Shown: positions 50,669-60,800 of the stretch, one piece after another
Layout of the letters: each line of letters opens with the position of its first letter
Position numbering within the stretch: position 1 is the stretch's first letter
NCBI GenBank assembly: GCA_963525845.1
Contig: CAURKU010000001.1
Span: 193,311-257,310, forward strand
Direction of reading: 5' to 3'
DNA from: an uncultured Candidatus Saccharibacteria bacterium
GTDB taxonomy: Bacteria > Patescibacteriota > Saccharimonadia > Saccharimonadales > Saccharimonadaceae
Length of the DNA stretch: 64,000 nucleotides
Position numbers and translations under genes: made by a program
The notes under the pieces: model-generated
Seen by the model: the letters and a program-made list of their open reading frames with translations, nothing else
Database searches by the model: none
What the model was told of the DNA's origin: nothing

Positions 50669-52075
50669 TTGATGAACAAGATCAATAAAAAAGTACCAAA
50701 AATCTTACTACAGTCACTCGGCAAAATTGCTCGCCTTCCCTTGCCAATTCCTGCGCAAGTGATCGAAAAAATTGACGAGAGTTTGACGCCGAATATGCGT
50801 GCCTTGCGGCTGGTTCTGACCATCTCCGAAAAACTCCTCAGCATGGGCGTGTCGGCGCGAGACGTGGTGCATATGATGCTTGGCATCACCAGAACTTACT
50901 GTAAACAGCCAGTTCACATGGACATCAGCTCAACGCTCATCACCGTGTCGCAAGACCGCGGCATCAACCGCGAACCACTGACTTTGATTCGTGCCATCAC
51001 CTTGGTGGATGTCAATTACCAGACCATCCAAGCACTGCAGACCCTGTCCCGCGAAATCCGCTACCAGCATATTCACCTGAGCGAAGCCGAGGAGCGACTA
51101 GAAAAGATCATCAATCCTGAAAAACGTCATCCCCGATCTCTCGTCGCCCTATCAGGCGGCGCGTTGAGCGCTGGTGTGGTGGTTATGTACGGCGGTAGTT
51201 TACAGATGGCACTCCTGGCTATGGCGGTCGGCACACTCAGCACGGCTGCCATGCGTCTGTTGTGGCGTGTCGGCGTGTCGGTATTTTTCACACAGATCAT
51301 CATGTCACTCTGTATCACACTCATCGCCACTGCTGTTGTCTGTGTCAATACCAAGTTTAATTTGGCATTCAATCCGACACTGATTGTGATTGGTGGAATC
51401 GTCCTATTGGTGGCAGGTATGATGATCGTTGGTGCGTTTCAGGATGCAATTGATGAATATTATGTTACAGCAAACGCCCGACTGTTGCGAGTGCTAATGG
51501 CAACCGGTGGTATCGTGGTTGGCGTAGCTATTGGCCTTCATATTGCCACCAGATTGGGTATTAGTTTTCCAACCACCCCAGACCGTTTGACGTTGGTGGA
51601 TAATTATACGCAGTACATCGGTGCGGCAGTCATCGCTTCAGCATTTGTCATTGGCAATCACGCGCCATTCTTTGGCACTATCTTGGCTGGCATCGTGGGA
51701 GCTAGCGGTTGGGGGCTATTTCAGCTGTTGACTGACGCCGGCTGGGATGTATTACTGGCGAGCGGTGCAGCAGCTGCAGCCATCGGTTTGGTAGCAACCT
51801 TCATGTCCCGACTGTGGCGCATCCCGTCTTTGGCTATCATCGGCGCGGGCATTGTGCCGCTGGTACCAGGTTTGTCGCTGTACAATGGCTTGATGGGCAT
51901 CATCAGTCAGGCGCCGTCAGACCCAGGATACGTTGTCGCTTTGGCAAGCTTGGCGAGAGCCGTCATGATTGGGTTCGCTGTTGCTGTAGGTGCGTCATTT
52001 GGTAATGCCATTGGTCGTCCAATTCGCAGTCAAATCAGGAAGCTTTTTGTTGGGGTACCGACGACTGCAGAGTAG
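50669..52075 (+). CDS. ThrE-family (threonine/serine exporter-like) membrane transporter
   Basis: Soluble N-terminal domain then about 10 TMs; LVAG...AFQDAI and GIVPLVPGL.LY motifs. Confidence 0.82.
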   Translation: MMNKINKKVPKILLQSLGKIARLPLPIPAQVIEKIDESLTPNMRALRLVLTISEKLLSMGVSARDVVHMMLGITRTYCKQPVHMDISSTLITVSQDRGINREPLTLIRAITLVDVNYQTIQALQTLSREIRYQHIHLSEAEERLEKIINPEKRHPRSLVALSGGALSAGVVVMYGGSLQMALLAMAVGTLSTAAMRLLWRVGVSVFFTQIIMSLCITLIATAVVCVNTKFNLAFNPTLIVIGGIVLLVAGMMIVGAFQDAIDEYYVTANARLLRVLMATGGIVVGVAIGLHIATRLGISFPTTPDRLTLVDNYTQYIGAAVIASAFVIGNHAPFFGTILAGIVGASGWGLFQLLTDAGWDVLLASGAAAAAIGLVATFMSRLWRIPSLAIIGAGIVPLVPGLSLYNGLMGIISQAPSDPGYVVALASLARAVMIGFAVAVGASFGNAIGRPIRSQIRKLFVGVPTTAE

Positions 52076-52688
52076 CAGTTGACGCGTGAACAGCTTGCTG
52101 GGTGAATTTGCTAGTCAGATAGAACCATAACGCCCCAAGTCCACCAGCAGCGGCCTCATAGACCACGAACGAAAATTCTCGGTGCACAAATCCTTGAACA
52201 CAGGCCATGACGGCAGCCACTGACAGCCCTAGCATGATGCTTTTTTGCTGGCGTGTGAACAAACTGGTGGTAAATGGCAGCATAAATGCGTAGAATGCAA
52301 AGATGATGATGGATAGGCGTGAAAAGATGTAGTGCAGCCCGTGCTGGGTGTCATTAGGGAATATAGCTATGGCCATGCCACAAAAAGCTATGGTTCGCAG
52401 TGCTACCAAGCTCAGCCTGGCAGCAACCACTGCCTCAGCCTGCTCCAAAATGCCAGACATCGACTCCGCCAAGCACCACATGATGACTGCCATCATAGCG
52501 ATGGAGATATTAAACACAAACGAAGACAATTCACCGCGCTCACCCAGGGCGCTGAAGCTCCAGTTTACCCATTGTGGCTCTGAAGTTAAACATGCCGACA
52601 GAGCGATCCCCACCAGGAAAACGAGTGTCATCCAAACAGTCAACCTGGCTGGCGCAAGCTTCTGGGTTGACAGAATGAATGATTTCAT
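52035..52688 (-). CDS. DUF998-like multi-pass membrane protein
   Basis: FSALG, FN, IFP...LH pattern with about 6 TMs. Confidence 0.65.
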   Translation of the reverse strand: MKSFILSTQKLAPARLTVWMTLVFLVGIALSACLTSEPQWVNWSFSALGERGELSSFVFNISIAMMAVIMWCLAESMSGILEQAEAVVAARLSLVALRTIAFCGMAIAIFPNDTQHGLHYIFSRLSIIIFAFYAFMLPFTTSLFTRQQKSIMLGLSVAAVMACVQGFVHREFSFVVYEAAAGGLGALWFYLTSKFTQQAVHASTATLQSSVPQQKAS

Positions 52689-52742
52689 GAATACATTATA
52701 CCATATGAAAAACCCCGGCTGTTGACCGGGGCTTTTTGATGA

Positions 52743-54833
52743 TTATTTGTTGCGCTTTTCGATTATCTCTTGAGCAACATTTGGTGGAACTTCCTCGTAC
52801 TGAGCTAGCTCCATGGTGCTGGCTGCACGACCCTGCGACATCGAGCGGATGTCTGAGGTGTAGCCGAACATATTTGCCAGCGGCACAAAGGCCTTGACCA
52901 ATTTGGCACCGCCCATCAAATCTTCCATGGTGTCGATGCGACCACGGCGTGAGTTCAGGTCGCCGATGATGTCGCCCATGAACTCTTCTGGGGTGGTGAC
53001 TTCGACTTTCATGACTGGCTCAAGCAGGATTGGCGTTGCTTGTTTGATACCTTCGCGGGCTGCCAATGAACCTGCCAATGAAAAGGCTAGTTCTGAGGAG
53101 TCGACATCATGGTATGAACCATCATATAGAGTCGCCTTGACGTCAACCACTGGATAGCCAGCGATGACACCGCCTTCCAAGGTTTCGCGAATACCTTTCA
53201 TGACAGCTGGGCGGTACTCTTGTGGCACCACACCACCCTTAATTTCGTCAACAAACTCAAAGCCTTTACCAGCCTCGTTTGGTTCAAAGCGTACCCAGAC
53301 GTCACCATACTGACCACGACCACCAGACTGCTTGGCGTGCTTACCCTGGACTTCAGCCTTACCCTTGATTGATTCGCGGAAGGCCACTTGTGGCTCACCG
53401 ATGTTCGCTTCAACCTTGAACTCACGCTTCATACGGTCGATCAAGATATCGAGGTGCAACTCACCCATGCCGGACATGATAGTCTGACCAGTCTCTTCGT
53501 CAGTGTGAATGCGGAAGGTTGGATCTTCCTCAGCCAATCGTTGCAAGGCCAATGCCATCTTCTCTTGGTCAGCCTTTGATTTTGGCTCAACGGCGATGGA
53601 TACTGGTGGTTCTGGGAATTCGATGCTTTCCAAGGCGATCGGGTGCGCTGGATCAGTCAAGGTATTACCGGTACCAGTATTCTTCAAACCAACCACCGCA
53701 GCGATGTCACCAGCAGCGATCTTGTCGATTTCCTCACGCTTGTCGGCGTGCATTCGCACGATACGACCAATGCGCTCTTTGTCGCCAGTCGTGGTATTCA
53801 GGACGTAGCTACCAGAGTTCAAAACACCTGAGTAAACGCGGATGAAGATCAATTTACCAACAAATGGGTCGGTCGCAATCTTGAAGGCCAATGCACTCAT
53901 CGGTTCTTTGTCATCTGGTTTGCGGCTCACTTCGTCGCCAGTCTTTGGATTTTTACCCCAAATTTCGTCAACGTCCAGCGGACTTGGTAAGTAGTCAACC
54001 ATCAGGTCAAGCACCTTCTCGACGATGACACCGCGGCCGTCACCACCAGTCACCAAGAAGAAGTCACCAGCCAGCACGCGCTTACGCAAGGCAGATTTCA
54101 GCTCGTCGATAGTAATCGCCTCTTCACCTTGGTCGAGGAACTTCATCATCAATTCGTCGTCAGCTTCAACGGCATTTTCCACCAACAAACTGCGGGCATT
54201 TTGACATTTTTCTAACATGTCTGCTGGGATTTCACCCTGCACCAACTCATGATCAGAAAAGTCAGTGTAGGTGTACGCCTTCATGTCGACGAGGTCAACC
54301 ACACCATTGATGGTCTTTTCAAAACCAATCGGGATGTGAATTGGGAATGCTTGCTTACTCAAGCGGTTATGGATTGATTCCAGAGATTTCCAGAAATCAC
54401 CACCAGTTTGGTTGATCTTGTTAACGAAGCAAATGCGTGGCACGCCATATTTGTTAGCCTGGCGCCACACCGTCTCAGACTGCGCCTCAACACCCATCTT
54501 ACCGTCAAACACCGTCACCGCACCGTCGAGGACTCGAAGTGAACGCTCCACCTCAGCGGTAAAGTCAATGTGCCCTGGGGTGTCGATGATATTGATCTTG
54601 TGATTTCTCCAGAAACAAGTCACCGCTGCCGAGGTGATGGTGATGCCACGCTCTTTCTCCTGCGCCATCCAGTCAGTGGTGGCACCGTCGCCGTCACCCT
54701 TCACCACACCGATTTTGTGAGTCAAGCCGGTACGGTACAAAATACCCTCAGTTGTCGTTGTTTTACCGGCGTCAATATGGGCAATAATACCAATATTTCT
54801 AAAATTTTTCAGCGGAACATTCGTCTCTGCCAT
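52743..54833 (-). CDS. fusA: Elongation factor G with atypical G4/G5 motifs
   Basis: [42 protein letters not shown]. Confidence 0.98.
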   Translation of the reverse strand: MAETNVPLKNFRNIGIIAHIDAGKTTTTEGILYRTGLTHKIGVVKGDGDGATTDWMAQEKERGITITSAAVTCFWRNHKINIIDTPGHIDFTAEVERSLRVLDGAVTVFDGKMGVEAQSETVWRQANKYGVPRICFVNKINQTGGDFWKSLESIHNRLSKQAFPIHIPIGFEKTINGVVDLVDMKAYTYTDFSDHELVQGEIPADMLEKCQNARSLLVENAVEADDELMMKFLDQGEEAITIDELKSALRKRVLAGDFFLVTGGDGRGVIVEKVLDLMVDYLPSPLDVDEIWGKNPKTGDEVSRKPDDKEPMSALAFKIATDPFVGKLIFIRVYSGVLNSGSYVLNTTTGDKERIGRIVRMHADKREEIDKIAAGDIAAVVGLKNTGTGNTLTDPAHPIALESIEFPEPPVSIAVEPKSKADQEKMALALQRLAEEDPTFRIHTDEETGQTIMSGMGELHLDILIDRMKREFKVEANIGEPQVAFRESIKGKAEVQGKHAKQSGGRGQYGDVWVRFEPNEAGKGFEFVDEIKGGVVPQEYRPAVMKGIRETLEGGVIAGYPVVDVKATLYDGSYHDVDSSELAFSLAGSLAAREGIKQATPILLEPVMKVEVTTPEEFMGDIIGDLNSRRGRIDTMEDLMGGAKLVKAFVPLANMFGYTSDIRSMSQGRAASTMELAQYEEVPPNVAQEIIEKRNK

Positions 54834-54954
54834 AATTTTCCTTTATATTACGTTAATTTGTCGAGATCTTTGGTCAATTTTTTGGCACCAAAAAACTACT
54901 CTTGTTGCCAATTATACCAGATAGTCACAGAAAATAATAGCTCGATTTTATGGT

Positions 54955-55650
54955 TTAGTTCTCAGAATTTTCTTGGCAATAGCCCAGTAGGTCATCCCAG
55001 CTAACTCCAGCATTAGCCTCGTGCCTCATTCTGTATGCGTCACACTCTTGCAGTTTGTGGTTAGCATTGCGCAGAAAAATACCGAGTCCAGTCCTGGCAA
55101 GACCCTGCAGTCTGATATTCGGTACTGCCTCGTCCAGCCAGTCTTCAATTGTTTCAGTTAGCCCTGGGTCAATCAATGCCAGGCCGTAGCTAGAGTATTC
55201 AACCTGTCCCCTCGCTGCTTCGTGTAGCCTCACAAGATCATCAAACTCGGGCTTCGGGCTCTTTGGAGGCTCGAATCCACAACCTTTAAGCCCCTGTGGA
55301 ACGAGCTCCTTGGGTGCTATATTAGCCTCAAGCAATTGTTCTCGACACAGACCAAGTCCGATGGTCGCACCAATGTTCGTGACCACCATTACCTCCTCAA
55401 CCCCATACGTTGGTTCACCAGTAGACAGATCACGTGGGTTCAGAAGAACTCCCAGACCGCCAGCCACCCTATGAATCATTTCTTGAGCACTGTGTCGCTG
55501 TGAAATATCTTCAAGGATATGCTGAAGCCCACTTTGCCCGGGATGGGTCGCCTCAAAAGCTGCTATATCCTCCTGCATTCGCTGGGCGGCACCAGTAAAA
55601 TCAATATAGCAATTATTCTTTCGGTCGGGTGAGAATTGTTGTTCATTCAT
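54955..55650 (-). CDS. Hypothetical protein inserted between rpsG and fusA
   Basis: 231-aa ORF, TGATATGAT 6 nt upstream. Confidence 0.7.
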   Translation of the reverse strand: MNEQQFSPDRKNNCYIDFTGAAQRMQEDIAAFEATHPGQSGLQHILEDISQRHSAQEMIHRVAGGLGVLLNPRDLSTGEPTYGVEEVMVVTNIGATIGLGLCREQLLEANIAPKELVPQGLKGCGFEPPKSPKPEFDDLVRLHEAARGQVEYSSYGLALIDPGLTETIEDWLDEAVPNIRLQGLARTGLGIFLRNANHKLQECDAYRMRHEANAGVSWDDLLGYCQENSEN

Positions 55651-55734
55651 CTTTTGATCATATCATAATTACACATAAAATGCAAATCCACCCCAGATTG
55701 CCTGGAGCGGATGATGTCTTGCATGCTCAAATAA

Positions 55735-56214
55735 TTAGCCGCGAGCAAAGTGCGCAAAGGCGCGGTTGGCTTCGGCCATCTTGTGGGTGTCTTCCTTCTT
55801 CTTGAAGGCAGCACCAGCTTCATTGTAAGCATCAACGATTTCTAGCGCCAAACGCTGTGAGTAAGGCATACCGCTACGAGCGCGGGCTGATTGTACCAGC
55901 CAGCTAAATGCGTAGTGCAACTGACGGTGTCCCTGGACTGGGAACGGAATCTGGTAGTTAGCACCACCGACGCGGCGGCTTTTCACTTCAAAGTTTGGGC
56001 TAACGTTTTTCAATGCTTTTTCAAACACTGCCAACGGATCTTCTGAATCCAATTTCTTCGCAGCAGTTTCCAGGGCGGTGTAAACAGCACGCTCAGCTGC
56101 CAATTTCTTACCGTCCAGCATTGACTTATTGATCAAACGCTGCACCAACACGCTTTGGTAGCGGCGGTCAGGCTTAAGTTCACGTTGTAGTTTTTTGGTA
56201 ACTTTACGAGGCAT
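55735..56214 (-). CDS. rpsG: 30S ribosomal protein S7
   Basis: EVKSRRVGGANYQ, MAEANRAFAH. Confidence 0.98.
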   Translation of the reverse strand: MPRKVTKKLQRELKPDRRYQSVLVQRLINKSMLDGKKLAAERAVYTALETAAKKLDSEDPLAVFEKALKNVSPNFEVKSRRVGGANYQIPFPVQGHRQLHYAFSWLVQSARARSGMPYSQRLALEIVDAYNEAGAAFKKKEDTHKMAEANRAFAHFARG

Positions 56215-56216
56215 GA

Positions 56217-56630
56217 TTACTTATCCCCTTTCTTGGTACCGTACTTCGAACGGCCCCGCTTGCGGTTGTTGACACCCTGAAGGTCCAACGCACCACGGAC
56301 GATGTGGTAACGCACACCCGGAAGGTCAGGCACACGGCCACCGCGGATCAAGACCACAGCGTGCTCCTGCAAGTTGTGACCTTCACCACCAATGTAGGCC
56401 CAGACTTCGTAGCCGTTGTTTAGTTTCACGCGGGCAACTTTACGCAAAGCTGAGTTTGGTTTCTTTGGTGTCTTGGTCGTCACACGCACACAAACACCAC
56501 GCTTGAGCGGTGCATTTTGGTCGTAGTAACGCGTTTTCAGGGCGTTGTGAATGCGACCCAGTGCTGGCGACTTGGACTTTTTCTTGGCCGTTTGGCGCGG
56601 TTTGCGCACCAACTGGTTGATTGTTGGCAT
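56217..56630 (-). CDS. rpsL: 30S ribosomal protein S12
   Basis: [28 protein letters not shown]. Confidence 0.99.
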   Translation of the reverse strand: MPTINQLVRKPRQTAKKKSKSPALGRIHNALKTRYYDQNAPLKRGVCVRVTTKTPKKPNSALRKVARVKLNNGYEVWAYIGGEGHNLQEHAVVLIRGGRVPDLPGVRYHIVRGALDLQGVNNRKRGRSKYGTKKGDK

Positions 56631-56815
56631 CCAATTTCTCCTTGGTTGATTTACTAATACTGGCGATATTCGCCTGTTTTACGGCTTGGATTCAGCAACT
56701 CCGCCCCGTGTCTTTACCTTTTCTGCCGAGCATTCGGTCTGTACACATTCAAACCACCGCTTGCTCCGAAAAGAGGAAACTCTGGGATAATTCTACCACA
56801 CTTGATCTAAAAAAT

Positions 56816-57763
56816 CTACTGGATTTTGACGTGCGCATCAATCTCTTCTAGAACGCCCTTCCACCAGGCCATATTATCTTGGGAAGCGTGGACTGAATCC
56901 ATAATCTTAAAGCCCATCACTGACATACCAGCCGCGCCCAATCGTTGCACTAATCGTTCATTATCTTTAATGGGACTTACTTTATCGGCATCAGTGGCAC
57001 TCACCGTAACCACTGCTTCGCGCAGCGATCGATGCCTGGCGCTTATCAAATCACTGATAATATCATTTTTAGGATGGGTGATAGCTCGAGGATATTGCCA
57101 CAAACCAGCTGGCCGTTGCAGTACCATTTTTGGTAGTAGTAATGGGTCTTCGTCGCGGCATCGAGCTGCCCAATCAGGATTTGCAGCGATAGTCTCTGTC
57201 AATTTATCACCACCGTGAGCAAGAAAACGCATGGCTAATGTGGCCATGGTTTTAGCCTGACTAGCCTTTTTACTTATCACCGGCGTTTCAAGTAAGTCTA
57301 GTTGCGATAAGCTCACTTCCCCTGGTGCATGTTTTGCGGCTGATGCTGCCAAATGCGAACCTAGTGAATAACCAACCAGTCGCTTCACGTCACCAAAGCC
57401 CTTTTGGTCGAGCGCCGTACCTATAGCATCCCATTGCAGCATTGAGACCTTCCGCAGGTCACCCTCTTTCAAGGCCTGTTTAACTTCTAAGCTCATAGGG
57501 TCTGCTTCTGGACTTACCCCTGGATTATCCACTGCGACTGCCAGTCCTTTGATATGATCCGCCAAAACCTCCGTTCTTACTTGCTGCTTTGCTCGCTCAC
57601 CGTAGTCTGACCATTGTGAAAAAAGCACGGCAACCGGCGATCCACCATCCGAAAGCGTAGAATCCGCCAGATAAACAGGCCCTCTCAGCTCACTGTCAAC
57701 CTGTTGAGGTGGCTGAACGACATCCATATCAATGGGCCCAATCTGTGCAAGCAACTCACTCAT
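56816..57763 (-). CDS. Divergent alpha/beta-hydrolase-fold protein
   Basis: VDNPG, GYSLG elbow, candidate catalytic Asp (DKVS) and His (VHAS). Confidence 0.65.
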   Translation of the reverse strand: MSELLAQIGPIDMDVVQPPQQVDSELRGPVYLADSTLSDGGSPVAVLFSQWSDYGERAKQQVRTEVLADHIKGLAVAVDNPGVSPEADPMSLEVKQALKEGDLRKVSMLQWDAIGTALDQKGFGDVKRLVGYSLGSHLAASAAKHAPGEVSLSQLDLLETPVISKKASQAKTMATLAMRFLAHGGDKLTETIAANPDWAARCRDEDPLLLPKMVLQRPAGLWQYPRAITHPKNDIISDLISARHRSLREAVVTVSATDADKVSPIKDNERLVQRLGAAGMSVMGFKIMDSVHASQDNMAWWKGVLEEIDAHVKIQ

Positions 57764-57857
57764 ATCTCGCTATTATACCATAAATTGTCGTAATATACAA
57801 TTCTCCCCTCTGTTGTAGAGGGGAGAATACTGCACGGTTGATAGAGCTACTTAGTGA

Positions 57858-60800
57858 TTAGATCTCTGAGAATTCTTCAGCCAATTCTTCAGTGTTATCT
57901 TCAGCTAACTCTTCGTCTTCTTCGACCACACCGGTTCCTACTGGGATCTTGCGGCCGATGATGACGTTTTCTTTGAGGCCATGCAAGTGGTCAGCGCGAC
58001 CAGATACGGCAGCGTTGATCAGCACACGAGTGGTGTCTTGGAAGGACGCAGCAGATAGCCATGAGTCGCTCCAGATGGACACCTTGGTGATACCGAGCAG
58101 CAGCTGAGTGTAGCTGATGAGGTTCTTACCCTCAGTAGCCAGTTGCTTGTTGGTGTTCACTACCGCAGCCTTGGAGACGATGTCGCCAGTCACAAAGTCG
58201 CTATCACCCGCATCTTCGATTTGGACGCGACTGAACATCTGGCGAACGATGATCTCCAGGTGCTTGTCGGCCACGTCTTGACCCTGAGCAGCGTAAATGC
58301 GCAGCACTTCGTTGATGATGTAGCGCTGAGCAGCCTCAACACCCTTCAGACGCATCAAATCATGCAGGTTCAATGAACCAGCTGTCAAGCGGTCGCCGGC
58401 CTCGACGACGTCATTAGCTTTGACAACCAACTGCATGTTGCCTGGGATTTCGTAACGAGCTGGTGCACCAGCCTCAGCAGCGATCACCAAGGTGTCTTCT
58501 GCTGTCTCAACCACGCCGTCAAATGGCGCGATCAGCGGGCGAGTGTCGCCTTCGCCAGTTGCCAGCACATCGCCAGCTTTGACGCTTGAACCGGCCTTGA
58601 CCACGATGGTTCGGCCGTCTAGCGGCAAGCGCTCAACTTTACCAGATTCTGGGGTAACCTGGACTATATACTTTTTGCCATCTTCCCAAACATCAACTAA
58701 CCCGGCAATTTCCGTAACAAACGCCTGACCCTTTGGTGTACGCGCCTCGAACAATTCTTCAACACGCGGCAGACCCTGGGTGATGTCACCACCGGCCACA
58801 CCGGAGTTGTGGAAAGTACGCAAGGTCAGCTGAGTACCTGGCTCACCGACTGACTGAGCAGCGATGACACCGACTGGCTGATGATTACCGACCAATTTAC
58901 CAGTTGACATATCAACACCGTAGCTGCGCTGCGGGATGCCGTTGAGGTTGTTGGTTGACAGGACTGATTGAATCTTGACGCTCTGGATGCTTTCATCATC
59001 ATCAATCGAGTCAGCGATTTCCCGAGTGATCAATTCGTCCTTGTTGACATGACCTGGAATCGTCTCAGCGGCGTAACGACCAGCCAAGCGGTTCGAGAAG
59101 TCGATCATCGTTTCCTCAGTTTCTGAACGGTAGATTGCGTAACCTTCGTCGTCACCTTCAACATCCTCAACCGTGAAGACGTCCTGTGCCACGTCGACCA
59201 AACGACGAGTCAGGTAGCCTGAGTCAGCGGTCTTCAGCGCGGTGTCGATCAAACCCTTACGCGCACCACGGGTTGCCACAAAGGCCTCAAGACTGGACAG
59301 ACCACCGGTGTAGGAGCTACGGATTGGCAGCTCAATCTCGTGGTTGGTTGCGTCCATCTGGATACCGATCATGGCGCTCGCAAGCTTCACGTTGGAAATA
59401 TCACCACGAGCACCAGAGTTGACCATCATGGAAATACTGGTGTCCATGTGCGCCAATTGATCCTTCAAGAACGCAGTGATCTTATTGTCGACGTTTCGCC
59501 ACGCGCTGACTGTCAAGCTGTAGCGCTCTTCCTCAGTGATCAAACCTTGGTCGAACTGCTCAGAAATCAAAGCCGCCTTGGCGTCGCCCTCAGCCACAAA
59601 CTCAGGAATTTCGTCGAAGTGCACGTAGTCGGTCATACCGGTTGATACGGCCGCAGTTGTCGCGAAGCGGAAGGCTTGACCCTTCATGCGGTCAGCGATT
59701 TTAGCGGTTTCTTCAGCACCGTATTTGTTGAAGATTTGTGCCAATACTTTCTTCAGCTGCTTCTTGGTCTGAACGTTATTGTCGTACGGGAAGTCCTCTG
59801 GCAGGATCTCGTTGAAGAAGACGCGGCCCAAAGTTGTCTGACGTACCTTGCCCTTAGCAAAAATCCGGATTGGTGTTTGCAAATGAATGTCACCCTTGTC
59901 GTACGCCAGCTCTGCTTCATAAACCGAGCTAAACGCCTTGATATTGTCAGTCTGCGCCTGTGGCTTGTCGTACGTCAGGTAGTAGTTACCGAGCACGATG
60001 TCCTGCGAAATGTGCAAGACTGGCGCACCGTCAGCAGGCTTCAGTAAGTTAGCAGTTGCGCTCATCAAATTGCGGGCTTCAGCTTGCGCTTCTTTAGACA
60101 GCGGCAAGTGAACAGCCATCTGGTCACCGTCAAAGTCAGCGTTAAATCCAGCACAGACCAGTGGGTGAAGCTGAATCGCCTTGCCTTCAACCAAAACTGG
60201 CTGGAAGGATTGGATTGACAAACGGTGAAGTGACGGAGCACGGTTCAACAGAACGTATTTTCCTGCAATCACTGCGTCCAATGCGTCCCAAACGACTGCT
60301 TCGCCTGATTCGATCAACCGTGTCGCTGAGCGGATGTTGTGAGCAAATTCACCCTTGATCAGCCAGCTGATGACGAATGGTTTGAACAGTTCAAGTGCCA
60401 TTTGCTTTGGCAAGCCACACTGGTGAATCTTTAGTTTTGGACCAACGACGATAACTGAACGTCCGGAGTAGTCTACGCGCTTACCGAGCAGGTTTTGACG
60501 GAAGCGTCCCTGCTTACCCTTTAGCATGTCAGAAATTGACTTCAGGCGGCGGCGACCACCAGTCGAGCTGACGGCGCGACCACCACGAGCAGCAGCATTG
60601 TCGATCAATGCGTCAACGGCCTCCTGCAACATACGCTTTTCATTGCGCTGAATCACTTCTGGCGCATTGAGCTCAACCAATTTCTTCAAACGATTGTTAC
60701 GGTTGATGATGCGACGGTACAAGTCGTTCAAGTCTGAGGTAGCAAATCGACCACCACTGAGGGCGACCATCGGACGGAGGTCCGGTGGGATGACTGGCAA

